A DNA stretch of 32,000 nt from an uncultured Candidatus Saccharimonas sp. (GTDB taxonomy: Bacteria > Patescibacteriota > Saccharimonadia > Saccharimonadales > Saccharimonadaceae): NCBI GenBank assembly GCA_963528875.1, contig CAURWT010000003.1:60001-92000 (forward strand), given 5' to 3'. Shown here one piece after another: positions 1-9,012 of this stretch. Position 1 is the stretch's first letter; each line of letters begins with the position of its first letter. A model generated the notes under the pieces. The model saw nothing but the letters and a program-made list of their open reading frames with translations, did not search any database and was not told the origin of the DNA. The position numbers and the translations under genes are program-made.

Positions 1-2
1 TT

Positions 3-278
3 GGGGGGTTAAAACTTGATGACCGAGCGGCCGACTTGGCCGTTACGATGGCGATTGCTTCGGCGGCCGCAAAGCGAAAACTCTCTGACGGTGTAGTAGT
101 TTTTGGTGAAGTTGGCTTGGGTGGTGAAATTCGAACAGTGATTCAAGCTGAAAGAAGAATCTCTGAAGCAAAGAGGCTTGGATTTAACAATGTTCTTGCT
201 CCAAAAAAATCTTCGAAAGATAACATCGTGACATCTGTTCGTGATTTGCGAGAAGCTTTAATTAAATATTTACAATAA
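3..278 (+). CDS. radA: DNA repair protein RadA/Sms, C-terminal fragment (5' end lies outside the window)
   Basis: The frame is open from the window edge. Translation GGLKLDDRAADLAVTMAIASAAAKRKL...GEVGLGGEIRTV...RISEAKRLGF resembles the Lon-like C-terminal domain of RadA. A yacL-like PIN/TRAM gene follows, as in many radA loci. Confidence 0.85.
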   Translation, partial: GGLKLDDRAADLAVTMAIASAAAKRKLSDGVVVFGEVGLGGEIRTVIQAERRISEAKRLGFNNVLAPKKSSKDNIVTSVRDLREALIKYLQ

Positions 279-286
279 AGGAAAGT

Positions 287-1174
287 ATGGAAACATTTTT
301 ACTATTTTTAATTTTATTTATTGTGTGCGGAATTTGGTTTGATTCGAAAAATGATAAACCGTTGATTTCAAAAACAAAAAAACAAGTATTGGTTGATACA
401 TCAATTTTAATTGATGGCCGATTTTTAGCAGTAGCAAGAACTGGATTTATTAATTTTGATATTCTGATTCCGCGGAGTGTAGTTGGTGAGCTTCAAATTT
501 TGGCGGATGGTGGCGATGATGAAAAACGAGTTCGTGCAAGATATGGCTTGGATATTATTTCAGCTCTTCAAAATGAAGAAAAAATAACTGTAAGCATTTT
601 GGCGGATGGAAATTCTGCGGCAGAAGGGGTGGATAATCGTTTGATTTCGCTAGCTAAAAAAATGAATGCTAATATCTTAACGGCAGATTACAACTTGAAT
701 AAAGTTGCAAAAGTTGAGGGAATTGAAGTTTTAAATATTAATGAGCTAGTGCAGTCGGTTCGTGCAGATTATTTACCGGGCGAAAAAATTATGCTTGAAA
801 TTACTCAAAAAGGTAATGAGAAAAAACAAGGAATTGGGCATTTACCAGATGGCACGATGGTTGTAGTTGAGAACGGCGAAGGATTGATCGGCACGATTAG
901 TGAAGTTGAATTTATTCGTTCACTTCAAACTGCCGCAGGGAAGATGATGTTTGCGCGACCTGCTGGTGTTAAGGTTTCGAAAGTTGAGACTCAAAAGAGT
1001 AAAGGGCGAGCGCCAGTTTTAAAAAATGCAACAGGCGAAAAAAAATCGAAAGAATCTTCTAAAAAATCAAAAAATATTAAGCAGAATTCGAAATCTAAAA
1101 CTAAAACTCAAACTCGTCATCGAACTCAAAAAACAGTAGAAGACAGTTTAGTTAAGCTTGCTAATCGTGATTAG
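287..1174 (+). CDS. PIN/TRAM domain protein (YacL-like) with N-terminal TM helix and lysine-rich C-terminal tail
   Basis: N-terminal hydrophobic helix, then a PIN-like segment (VLVDTSILIDGRF...NRLISLAKKMNANILTADYNLNKVA) and a TRAM-like segment (GEKIMLEITQKG...GIGHLPDGTMVVVENGEGLIG). The last ~60 aa are K/S/T-rich low complexity. Confidence 0.75.
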   Translation: METFLLFLILFIVCGIWFDSKNDKPLISKTKKQVLVDTSILIDGRFLAVARTGFINFDILIPRSVVGELQILADGGDDEKRVRARYGLDIISALQNEEKITVSILADGNSAAEGVDNRLISLAKKMNANILTADYNLNKVAKVEGIEVLNINELVQSVRADYLPGEKIMLEITQKGNEKKQGIGHLPDGTMVVVENGEGLIGTISEVEFIRSLQTAAGKMMFARPAGVKVSKVETQKSKGRAPVLKNATGEKKSKESSKKSKNIKQNSKSKTKTQTRHRTQKTVEDSLVKLANRD

Positions 1175-1177
1175 CAG

Positions 1178-1206
1178 TTGAACTTTTGAGGTTTTTTTGC
1201 TAAAAT
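1178..1206 (+). promoter_or_regulatory. Sigma70-type promoter for ppa: TTGAAC, 17 nt spacer, TGcTAAAAT
   Basis: TTGAAC at 1178-1183 and an extended -10 (TG at 1198-1199, TAAAAT at 1201-1206). An SD-like AAAGGAAA precedes the ATG at 1230. Confidence 0.6.
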
Positions 1207-1229
1207 TAAAGAATAAAAGAAAGGAAAAT

Positions 1230-1760
1230 ATGGCAGATTTTAATAAAATTTTAACTCCTGGTGATTATAAAAATGGAATTATTAATGTTGTGGTTGAAAT
1301 CCCAACTGGCTCAACTCATAAAATTGAATGGAACCGCGATTTGGCCGTAATGCAGCTTGACCGTGTCGAGCCAAAAGCTTTTGCGAAGCCAACGAATTAT
1401 GGTTTTATTCCGCAAACTTTGGATGAAGATGGTGATGAGCTTGATGTTTTACTTATTACAAATGACCCACTTACAACTGGAATTTTCTTGGAAGCACGAA
1501 TCTTGGGTGTAATGAAATTCGTTGATGATGGAGAAGTTGACGACAAAATTATTGCCGTGCCTGCTGATGACCGTGATACTGGAAATGCTTATAAAACTTT
1601 GGCTGATTTACCAGAGCAACTTATTAAACAAATTGAATTTCACTTTAATCACTACAAAGATTTGAAAAAAGCTGGAACTACGAAAGTTGAAAAATTTGGC
1701 GACATTGAAGAAGCAAAAGAAGTTATTGCAGAATCAATTGCACGCTGGAACGAGAAATAA
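1230..1760 (+). CDS. ppa: Inorganic pyrophosphatase, family I
   Basis: Motifs IEIPTGS.HKIEW, YGFIPQTLDEDGDELDVLL and DDKIIAVP are typical of soluble family I PPase. ATG 1230 is preferred over the annotated upstream start because it has an SD and a promoter at 1178-1206. Confidence 0.9.
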   Translation: MADFNKILTPGDYKNGIINVVVEIPTGSTHKIEWNRDLAVMQLDRVEPKAFAKPTNYGFIPQTLDEDGDELDVLLITNDPLTTGIFLEARILGVMKFVDDGEVDDKIIAVPADDRDTGNAYKTLADLPEQLIKQIEFHFNHYKDLKKAGTTKVEKFGDIEEAKEVIAESIARWNEK

Positions 1761-1820
1761 TTATTGATTGAAATTGGGCTTACGGGCTTGATTTTGAGGA
1801 TTAAAATAATATAAATAAAA

Positions 1821-1838
1821 ACTGAGCGTATGCTCAGT
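1821..1838. terminator. Bidirectional rho-independent terminator between ppa (+) and the orphan minus-strand gene
   Basis: Perfect hairpin ACTGAGC-gtat-GCTCAGT, flanked by an A-run upstream and a T-run downstream. Confidence 0.75.
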
Positions 1839-2609
1839 TTATTTTTTTTGATTTCTATCAGTCTCCATTTTGCTGGAGATAATATTATTAAAGATTGAGT
1901 AGATAGGCTTGTTATTTTTTACTATTAATAGCTTAAGGTAACCTTCTTCGACTCTTATTTTTCTTATGTCTTTCAATAAATCGTCTGTTATTTCAGATCT
2001 ATTAATTATAACATAACTAAACTCATCATCTTTTAGATAGTGCTTTATTGACGCTAGAGATGTTTCGTCGTCAGCAGATAAGTTTCTCACTATAGATCCA
2101 CTAGCAAAAAATGGTAGGTATCCTTGTTTTGTATGGGATAATATTCTACTCTTATTTTCTCGGAAGATGCAAACTTTGGTATTCTTTACTATCTTAAGAT
2201 ATTCTTCCGAGAACTTATTCCTTATGTTATCCTTTCTGCTAATACACTCTTTTTTTGTAGAGCAGCTATTATTCTCGAAATTAGCAGTCTTTTGGTACTC
2301 AAACGTAATCTCTGAAGGATTTTCTGTTTGAATAATTCTATAATCTTCACTTTCGTCTAGCCCGATTGCAGAACTGGCTAGCTTTTGCATATTGGCTATA
2401 AGACTATAAATCGCCTCTACTTTTTGTTCTAGTAGGGTAAGCTTTTCAAGTATTTTGGTACATTCAAATGCTGGAACCATTTTTTCATCAGCAGATGGCT
2501 TAGCCGTTTTGTTCTGATCGTCGCTAATGTTGCATTCTGACCTAATAACTTCTTTCAGCGCATACAGAAGGACGCTGTCTAATTCTTCTATTTGACTTTT
2601 TTGTGCCAT
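1839..2609 (-). CDS. Hypothetical protein (256 aa), orphan minus-strand gene, no recognisable family
   Basis: Long ORF with a strong SD (GGAGGTG) 7 nt upstream of ATG 2609. The N-terminal part looks helical or coiled-coil, and the C-terminal ~120 aa has an alternating beta/alpha pattern. GC is visibly lower than in the neighbours. Confidence 0.7.
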   Translation of the reverse strand: MAQKSQIEELDSVLLYALKEVIRSECNISDDQNKTAKPSADEKMVPAFECTKILEKLTLLEQKVEAIYSLIANMQKLASSAIGLDESEDYRIIQTENPSEITFEYQKTANFENNSCSTKKECISRKDNIRNKFSEEYLKIVKNTKVCIFRENKSRILSHTKQGYLPFFASGSIVRNLSADDETSLASIKHYLKDDEFSYVIINRSEITDDLLKDIRKIRVEEGYLKLLIVKNNKPIYSIFNNIISSKMETDRNQKK

Positions 2610-2691
2610 ATTTAGCACCTCCCTGAAATATTTTTAGAAAATCAGTTAAGGTTCGACTTTCGTATTTTCATATATTATAATATTTATCTAT

Positions 2692-2737
2692 AAAAGTCAA
2701 GTGAAATAATTGACTTTTTTTGGAATTTATGTATAAT
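2692..2737 (+). promoter_or_regulatory. Divergent promoter region: 9-bp perfect inverted repeat whose arms are the two -35 boxes, plus the rel -10
   Basis: AAAAGTCAA (2692-2700), 9 nt, TTGACTTTT (2710-2718). TTGACT at 2710-2715, 16 nt spacer, TATAAT at 2732-2737, then ATG at 2744. On the minus strand, TTGACT (reverse complement of 2695-2700) is followed by a TATAAT/TAATAT box around 2672-2679. Confidence 0.6.
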
Positions 2738-2743
2738 TAATAT

Positions 2744-4300
2744 ATGGAAAAGGCAGAAATCTTGAGAATTGCGAAACCGTTTTATTCGGCGGAAGATATA
2801 AAAAGACTAGAAAAAGCAATTGAATTCGCAACCGAAAAACATAAAGGACAGATGCGAAAATCTGGTGAAGAATATATAACGCACCCATTAAAAGTGGCTA
2901 GCTTTTTGGTTGAATGGGGAATGGATATCGACACAGTTGTTGCTGGTGTTTTGCATGATGTTGTGGAAGATACTGAAACTCCCCTTGATGAAATTGCTGA
3001 AAATTTTGATGATGATATTGCGTTTTTGGTTGATGGTGTAACTAAAGTCGGTAAAGCACGTGCTGGAATGGGGAATCTTGAAACCTATTTGCCTCAAACT
3101 AAAGACAACCTTTCGAAATTGTTGATTGCTGTTGGGCAAGATGTGCGAGTGGTGATTATTAAGTTGGCCGATAGATTGCATAATGTTCAAACTTTGCAAT
3201 ATATGTCGCCTGAAAAACAGAAAAAAATCGCTCGTGAAACTTTGGATGTTTTCGCAAGAATCGCCGATCGCTTGGGAATGGGGCGAGTTCGAATGCAAAT
3301 GGAAGAACAAGCTTTTTTGTATTTAAACCCAAAAGAATATAAACGGCTTGAAAATGAAATTCGAAAGCGTCTTGGTAAAAGTACACGAAAACTAGGAAAA
3401 GTTCGAGAAGAGGTTGAGCAGGAATTGAAAAAGGCTGGTTTAGATTTTGAAATTTCTGGCCGCGTAAAAAGTGTTTATTCGCTTCATAAAAAATTAAAAA
3501 AGACAAAAGGTGATATTGACCGAGTTTATGATTTGATGGCTTTGCGGATTATTGTAAATTCGAAAGACGATTGCTATCGTGTTCTGGGGATTTTGCATTC
3601 GATTTATAAACCAATGATTGAACGAATCAAGGACTATATTTCAATGCCAAAGCCAAATGGCTATCAGTCACTTCACACAACGGTGATCACTCCTTCAAAA
3701 CTGATTGCAGAGTTTCAAATTAGAACTCGCGATATGCATGAATTTGCCGAGCGCGGTTTGGCGGCAAGTTTTCATTATCATGAACAAAAATCGAGTAAAG
3801 ATTACATTTCTGGAGCTACTTCGAAAAAGCGGAGTGAAGTTAAAGGTAATGGCGGGCTTTCGAATGAATTGCAATGGATTGTTCAACTCCAAGATGTGGC
3901 GCAACGCTTAAGAGATGGTGAGGAAATTGACCCAGAGCAGCTTCAGATTGATATTTTTGGTGATAGAATTTTTGTTTATTCGCCAAAGGGTGATATTTAT
4001 AATCTACCAGAAGGCGCATTACCGCTTGATTTTGCTTATATGGTACATAGTGATATCGGTAAACATGCTTATGCTTTTCGGGTTAATGAGAAAATTCACG
4101 CTTTCGATAAGCCACTTGAAAAAGGTGATGTTGTTGAGGTTTTGACGCGAAAAAATTCTGAGCCAAAAATTGATTGGCTGGAATTGGTAAAAACTTCGCA
4201 CGCAAGGATTAAGCTCCGTTCACAACTTCGCCAAAGGGGTGATTTAGAGCCGATTAAAAATGCAGAGGCAATTAAAGCAAGAAAATCCAACGAGAAATAG
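2744..4300 (+). CDS. rel: Bifunctional (p)ppGpp synthetase/hydrolase, RelA/SpoT homologue, short form ending just after the TGS domain
   Basis: HD hydrolase motifs (HPLKVA...GVLHDVVEDT), synthetase motifs (LRIIVNSKDDCY, GYQSLHTTV, EFQIRTRDMH) and a TGS domain (IFVYSPKGDIYNLPEGALPLDFAY...GDVVEVLT). At 518 aa there is no room for the usual C-terminal ZFD/ACT(RRM) region. Confidence 0.9.
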   Translation: MEKAEILRIAKPFYSAEDIKRLEKAIEFATEKHKGQMRKSGEEYITHPLKVASFLVEWGMDIDTVVAGVLHDVVEDTETPLDEIAENFDDDIAFLVDGVTKVGKARAGMGNLETYLPQTKDNLSKLLIAVGQDVRVVIIKLADRLHNVQTLQYMSPEKQKKIARETLDVFARIADRLGMGRVRMQMEEQAFLYLNPKEYKRLENEIRKRLGKSTRKLGKVREEVEQELKKAGLDFEISGRVKSVYSLHKKLKKTKGDIDRVYDLMALRIIVNSKDDCYRVLGILHSIYKPMIERIKDYISMPKPNGYQSLHTTVITPSKLIAEFQIRTRDMHEFAERGLAASFHYHEQKSSKDYISGATSKKRSEVKGNGGLSNELQWIVQLQDVAQRLRDGEEIDPEQLQIDIFGDRIFVYSPKGDIYNLPEGALPLDFAYMVHSDIGKHAYAFRVNEKIHAFDKPLEKGDVVEVLTRKNSEPKIDWLELVKTSHARIKLRSQLRQRGDLEPIKNAEAIKARKSNEK

Positions 4301-4310
4301 AAAAAATAAA

Positions 4311-4332
4311 AAGACATTCAGGCGAATGTCTT
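4311..4332. terminator. Bidirectional terminator between rel (+) and a small minus-strand ORF
   Basis: Perfect 9-bp hairpin AAGACATTC-aggc-GAATGTCTT, with an A-run before and a T-run after. Confidence 0.8.
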
Positions 4333-4347
4333 TTTTGCTAAAGATTT

Positions 4348-4539
4348 TTACTTATTTTTTTCTTCAAGTTTTATTATTTTATCTCTATTACTATGTACTT
4401 CAACCATTGTATTCCAATAATTTTCTTCAGAGCCTTTGTAGTGCCAAATAAATAATCCAGTTAATATAGTTAACCATATAAAAGCTAACATTATTAATGA
4501 AATAATTACAATATCTTTTTTACTTTGTGGCTTTTTCAT
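4348..4539 (-). CDS. Small membrane protein (63 aa), hypothetical
   Basis: AAAGGAG SD 7 nt upstream of the ATG. One clear TM helix (IVIISLIMLAFIWLTILTGLFIW). Bounded by the 4311-4332 terminator. Confidence 0.5.
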   Translation of the reverse strand: MKKPQSKKDIVIISLIMLAFIWLTILTGLFIWHYKGSEENYWNTMVEVHSNRDKIIKLEEKNK

Positions 4540-4717
4540 ATATTCTCCTTTATGTTAAAAATGAGTAATTTTAAGTCTTACTCAGGAATATCGTAGTTTC
4601 TAAAATAATTTTTTGATTTTCATTCGAAAATCCTTTTTGAAATTTACTATTTGTTAATCTCTATATTAACGCAACAATATTAGCATAAGCTTAATTGAAA
4701 GTCAACGATTTTAAATC

Positions 4718-5787
<1,070 letters not shown>

Positions 5788-5795
5788 GGAGTAAA

Positions 5796-6251
5796 ATGAA
5801 GATTTTTCTTGGCGCGGATCACAGAGGTTTCTATCTTAAAGAAAAAGTTTTTGAATATCTAAAAAAAGCCGGATATGATGTTGAAGATATTGGCGGATTT
5901 GAATATGACCCAAATGATGACTTTCCGGAATTTGCACGTGTGGCAGTTTCAAAAATTCGCGCCAATGAAAAAGATGACCCGCGGGCGATTTTGATTTGTG
6001 GCGGAGCACAGGGGATGGGAATAGCGGCAAACCGATATAAAGGTATTCGTGCATCTGTTGTTTGGGAGCCAGAAGAAGCTAAATGGACTCGCAATGATAA
6101 TGATAGCAACATAATTTGTTTACCTGCCCGCGTTTTCGATAAAGATGAGGCTGAAGCTAAGTGGAAAGAAACAGTTGATGTTTGGCTAAAAACTCCATTT
6201 GCAGCTGCTCCAAGATTTGTAAGAAGAAATAAACAGATTGATGAGGTATAG
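5796..6251 (+). CDS. rpiB: Ribose-5-phosphate isomerase B (RpiB/LacAB family)
   Basis: MKIFLGADHRGF...ILICGGAQGMGIAANRYKGIRAS matches the RpiB fold and size (151 aa). Confidence 0.85.
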   Translation: MKIFLGADHRGFYLKEKVFEYLKKAGYDVEDIGGFEYDPNDDFPEFARVAVSKIRANEKDDPRAILICGGAQGMGIAANRYKGIRASVVWEPEEAKWTRNDNDSNIICLPARVFDKDEAEAKWKETVDVWLKTPFAAAPRFVRRNKQIDEV

Positions 6252-6899
6252 ATGTCGATAATAACACCAGCAATTTTAGCAACTAATCCAGATGAATATA
6301 AAGCTCAAGTTGAGGCAATTTTTCCTTTTGCGGAAAGAGTTCATATTGACGTAACAGATGGTAATTTTGCGCCCAATTTAACATTGCCCGAAACACAAAT
6401 TTGGTGGCCCCAAGAATGGAAGGTTGATATTCATATGATGGTTGCTCGCCCAAGCGAGCATATTGATACAATTATTCAGCTTAATCCAAATATGGTTATT
6501 TTTCATGCTGAAGTAGAGGAAGATTTGGTGCCAATTTTCGAAAGGCTTAAAAATGAAACAATGATTAAACCTGGTTTAGCTTTACTTCGTTCAACTGTTC
6601 CAGAAACTGTCGCGCCCGCAATTCAGGCAGCTGAGCATATTTTGATTTTTAGCGGAAATTTAGGTGAAATGGGCGGTCATGCAAGTATGATGCAACTCGA
6701 GAAGATTCGCTTAATTAAAAAGATTAACAGTAATGTTGAGATTGGCTGGGATGGCGGAGCTAATCTTTCAAATATTTTCAATTTGGCGCAATCTGGTGTT
6801 GATGTTGTAAATGTTGGTTCGGCAATTATGAATTCACAAAATCCCGAACAAAGCTATAAGCAGATGGAAGCTGAGCTTAACCGAAAAGGGGCAATTTAA
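6252..6899 (+). CDS. rpe: Ribulose-phosphate 3-epimerase-like protein (divergent)
   Basis: HIDVTDGNFAPNLT and DIHMMV motifs parallel the Rpe HVDVMDGHFVPNLT and DVHLMV motifs. Length is 215 aa, and the start directly abuts the rpiB stop. Confidence 0.7.
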   Translation: MSIITPAILATNPDEYKAQVEAIFPFAERVHIDVTDGNFAPNLTLPETQIWWPQEWKVDIHMMVARPSEHIDTIIQLNPNMVIFHAEVEEDLVPIFERLKNETMIKPGLALLRSTVPETVAPAIQAAEHILIFSGNLGEMGGHASMMQLEKIRLIKKINSNVEIGWDGGANLSNIFNLAQSGVDVVNVGSAIMNSQNPEQSYKQMEAELNRKGAI

Positions 6900-6901
6900 A
6901 A

Positions 6902-7870
6902 GTGAATTTGCCAAAAATTCTTTCAATTGGAGCAGCTACCCAGGATGTTTTTTTGAGCAATTCACCTGAATTTCGTTTGATTTCAATGGCGGAAAACCAA
7001 GATGTAGTTGAATTCCAGCTCGGTTCAAAAATTGATATTCAAAATATTGAGATTTCGAGTGGCGGTGGCGCCACTAATGCTGCAACAACTTTTGCGAGGC
7101 AAGGTTTGATTTCAAGTTTTATGGGTGTGGTTGGAAAAGACTCTTCGGGCGAACAAATTTTAAAAATGCTTGATGAAGAATCTATTGATACTTCGCGTGT
7201 TGAATTTTCAAAAAGATTTAACACAGATTATTCAACTATTATTTTAGCACCAAATGGTGAACGAACGATTTTAACTTATCGTGGCGCCTCGGAACATATC
7301 TACGCTGAAAATTTTGAATTAAAATATGGTGAATTTGATTGGATTTATGTTTCGAACTTAGCTGGTAGATTTGATGCGCTTCTAAAAATTTTTAAAGAAG
7401 CTATAAAAAAGGGTACAAAAATAGCATGGAACCCCGGCAAGAAAGAGCTCCAAGAGCCTGAAAAAGTTCGAACTCTACTTCAAGATATTGAAATTTTAAT
7501 TGTAAATAAAGAGGAGGCGAGTTTAATTTTTGAGGGAGTCTCTGCTGAGGAACTGGTTCGAAATGCTTGTAGTTTTGTGGAGGCTGTAATTTTAACGGAT
7601 GGAGCGAATGGTGTTTGGGCGGCTTCTGATGGTAAAATTATTCGTGCTGGAATGTATGAAGATGTACCATCGCTAGATAGGACTGGTGCTGGTGATGCAT
7701 TTGGCTCAGGTTTTGTGAGCCAGTGGGCTCAGGGTGCTGATATTAAAGAAAGTATTTTATTCGCCAGCGCAAATTCAACATCAGTAATTCAATATATGGG
7801 CGCAAAAAAAGGGATTTTATATAAAAATGCTAAGCTTCATTCAATGCCAATGCAGGAGATTCAGCTATGA
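6902..7870 (+). CDS. PfkB-family carbohydrate/nucleoside kinase (ribokinase-like)
   Basis: GGGATNAA N-terminal motif and the C-terminal DRTGAGDAFGSGF signature of the PfkB/ribokinase family. GTG start 3 nt after the rpe stop. Confidence 0.8.
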   Translation: MNLPKILSIGAATQDVFLSNSPEFRLISMAENQDVVEFQLGSKIDIQNIEISSGGGATNAATTFARQGLISSFMGVVGKDSSGEQILKMLDEESIDTSRVEFSKRFNTDYSTIILAPNGERTILTYRGASEHIYAENFELKYGEFDWIYVSNLAGRFDALLKIFKEAIKKGTKIAWNPGKKELQEPEKVRTLLQDIEILIVNKEEASLIFEGVSAEELVRNACSFVEAVILTDGANGVWAASDGKIIRAGMYEDVPSLDRTGAGDAFGSGFVSQWAQGADIKESILFASANSTSVIQYMGAKKGILYKNAKLHSMPMQEIQL

Positions 7871-8319
7871 AAAGTTATAAGCTCTCGGAATTACTCGGAT
7901 TGAGAGGTGCTTATGAAAGAAAATTTGATTTTGGTGTTTCGAAAATAGAAGCTAAAAAACCAGAGTTAAAAAGTGTTTCGGCTCAAATTATGGCGGAGTT
8001 GTATCGAAAATCACATAATATTGAGAGAAAGCTGGGGTTTTCTGGTGATAGTATTTTGATGATTGAAGCTTTTTCGGCTTTAATTAATCATCTGAATGAT
8101 GAAGAATTTTGGGCTGAATTTGGTAATGCAATATTTTTTGCAGAAGATGGTTTGGTTTCAGCAAACAAAAAAGATGTTGAAAAAAATAAAAGAATAATGA
8201 ACTTGGCTGAACATTCAAAAACTTTTTTCGAAAAAGAATTAAAACAACAAATTATTGAGAAATATCAGCAGGAATTTTCGAATTATTCAATCAAGCAAAT
8301 AGAAGAAAAATTATTTTAA
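7867..8319 (+). CDS. Hypothetical protein (150 aa), helical, no recognisable family
   Basis: ATGA start/stop overlap with the pfkB-family gene implies translational coupling. The ORF fills the gap in the operon exactly. Confidence 0.6.
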   Translation: MKSYKLSELLGLRGAYERKFDFGVSKIEAKKPELKSVSAQIMAELYRKSHNIERKLGFSGDSILMIEAFSALINHLNDEEFWAEFGNAIFFAEDGLVSANKKDVEKNKRIMNLAEHSKTFFEKELKQQIIEKYQQEFSNYSIKQIEEKLF

Positions 8320-8329
8320 AAGGAGAAAA

Positions 8330-8938
8330 ATGAGATATCAAATTTGTGTTTCGGGAGCGGCAACGGGTGATAGTGTTTTAGCTTCACGAGATTTAGCTTT
8401 TAGGCTCGGGCAAGAGATTGTTCGGCAGGGGAAAATTCTAACAACTGGCGCAACGGTTGGCCTACCGCACCACGCAGCTTTGGGTGCAGTAAGCGTTAAG
8501 GGGCGAACCGGATTAAGCATTGGTTTTTCGCCCGCTTCAAGTTTTCGCCAGCATGTTAATACATATAAATTACCGTTTAAGCCTTTTGATTATATTAATT
8601 TTACGGGAATGAGCTATGTTGGGCGTGATACGCATTTGGTGCTTTCGAGTGATGCGGTGATTACGGTTGGTGGTCGAATGGGCTCGCTTCACGAACTTGC
8701 AACTGCTTTGGAATCTCGCAAGGTTTGTGGTGTTTTGCTTGGAAGTACCGCTTTGGCGGATTATGTTCCAACACTTTTGCAGAATGTTGAAGCTCCGGGA
8801 ACGAAAGATATAATCTACGATAACAATCCAGAACGGCTCGTTCGAAAAGTGATTGCAAGGCTAGATGAAAAAAATGCAGATTTTATTGCACCACGAGATG
8901 ATGAACATCTTTCAGAAAAGCGCGCTGGAAACGGATGA
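8330..8938 (+). CDS. LOG/TIGR00725-like (SLOG superfamily) Rossmann-fold protein
   Basis: The layout ICVSGAATG...LGQEIVRQGKILTTGATVGLPHHAALGA...SSDAVITVGGRMGSLHELATAL parallels the LOG/TIGR00725 GGGxG...(P)GGxGTxxE architecture. AAAGGAG SD present. GC is clearly higher than in the neighbours (about 53% in a 60-nt spot count). Confidence 0.6.
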   Translation: MRYQICVSGAATGDSVLASRDLAFRLGQEIVRQGKILTTGATVGLPHHAALGAVSVKGRTGLSIGFSPASSFRQHVNTYKLPFKPFDYINFTGMSYVGRDTHLVLSSDAVITVGGRMGSLHELATALESRKVCGVLLGSTALADYVPTLLQNVEAPGTKDIIYDNNPERLVRKVIARLDEKNADFIAPRDDEHLSEKRAGNG

Positions 8939-8950
8939 AATATTTTAGAA

Positions 8951-8972
8951 CTGCTCAATTTGGGCAGTTTTT
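8951..8972 (+). terminator. Rho-independent terminator ending the gap operon
   Basis: Hairpin CTGCTCA-att-TGGGCAG (one G.U pair) followed by TTTTT. Confidence 0.6.
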
Positions 8973-8976
8973 AAGC

Positions 8977-9006
8977 TTGACTTCTTGTAGCGAGGAATGC
9001 TATAAT
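8977..9006 (+). promoter_or_regulatory. Promoter for the pilin gene: TTGACT, 18 nt spacer, TGcTATAAT, placed 6 nt from the ATG (leaderless layout)
   Basis: TTGACT at 8977-8982, TG at 8998-8999, TATAAT at 9001-9006, ATG at 9013. No SD. Confidence 0.65.
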
Positions 9007-9012
9007 CAAGAT

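Noticed and set aside
2888-4539. Numerous 60-140 aa ORFs antisense to or overlapping rel (2888-3310, 3159-3506, 3695-3904, 3705-3911, 3915-4145, 4019-4201, 4096-4317, 4260-4451)
   Set aside because: All lie inside or across the well-supported rel CDS or its terminator. Their translations are low-complexity and Phe/Ile/Lys-rich as expected from AT-rich antisense, and they have no SD or promoter. They are frame-shadow artefacts.
8935-9012. Longer pilin ORF starting at ATG 8935, overlapping the LOG-like gene stop (ATGA)
   Set aside because: The extra 26 codons span a terminator hairpin (8951-8972) and a full promoter (8977-9006). The ATG at 9013 gives a canonical short basic prepilin leader.
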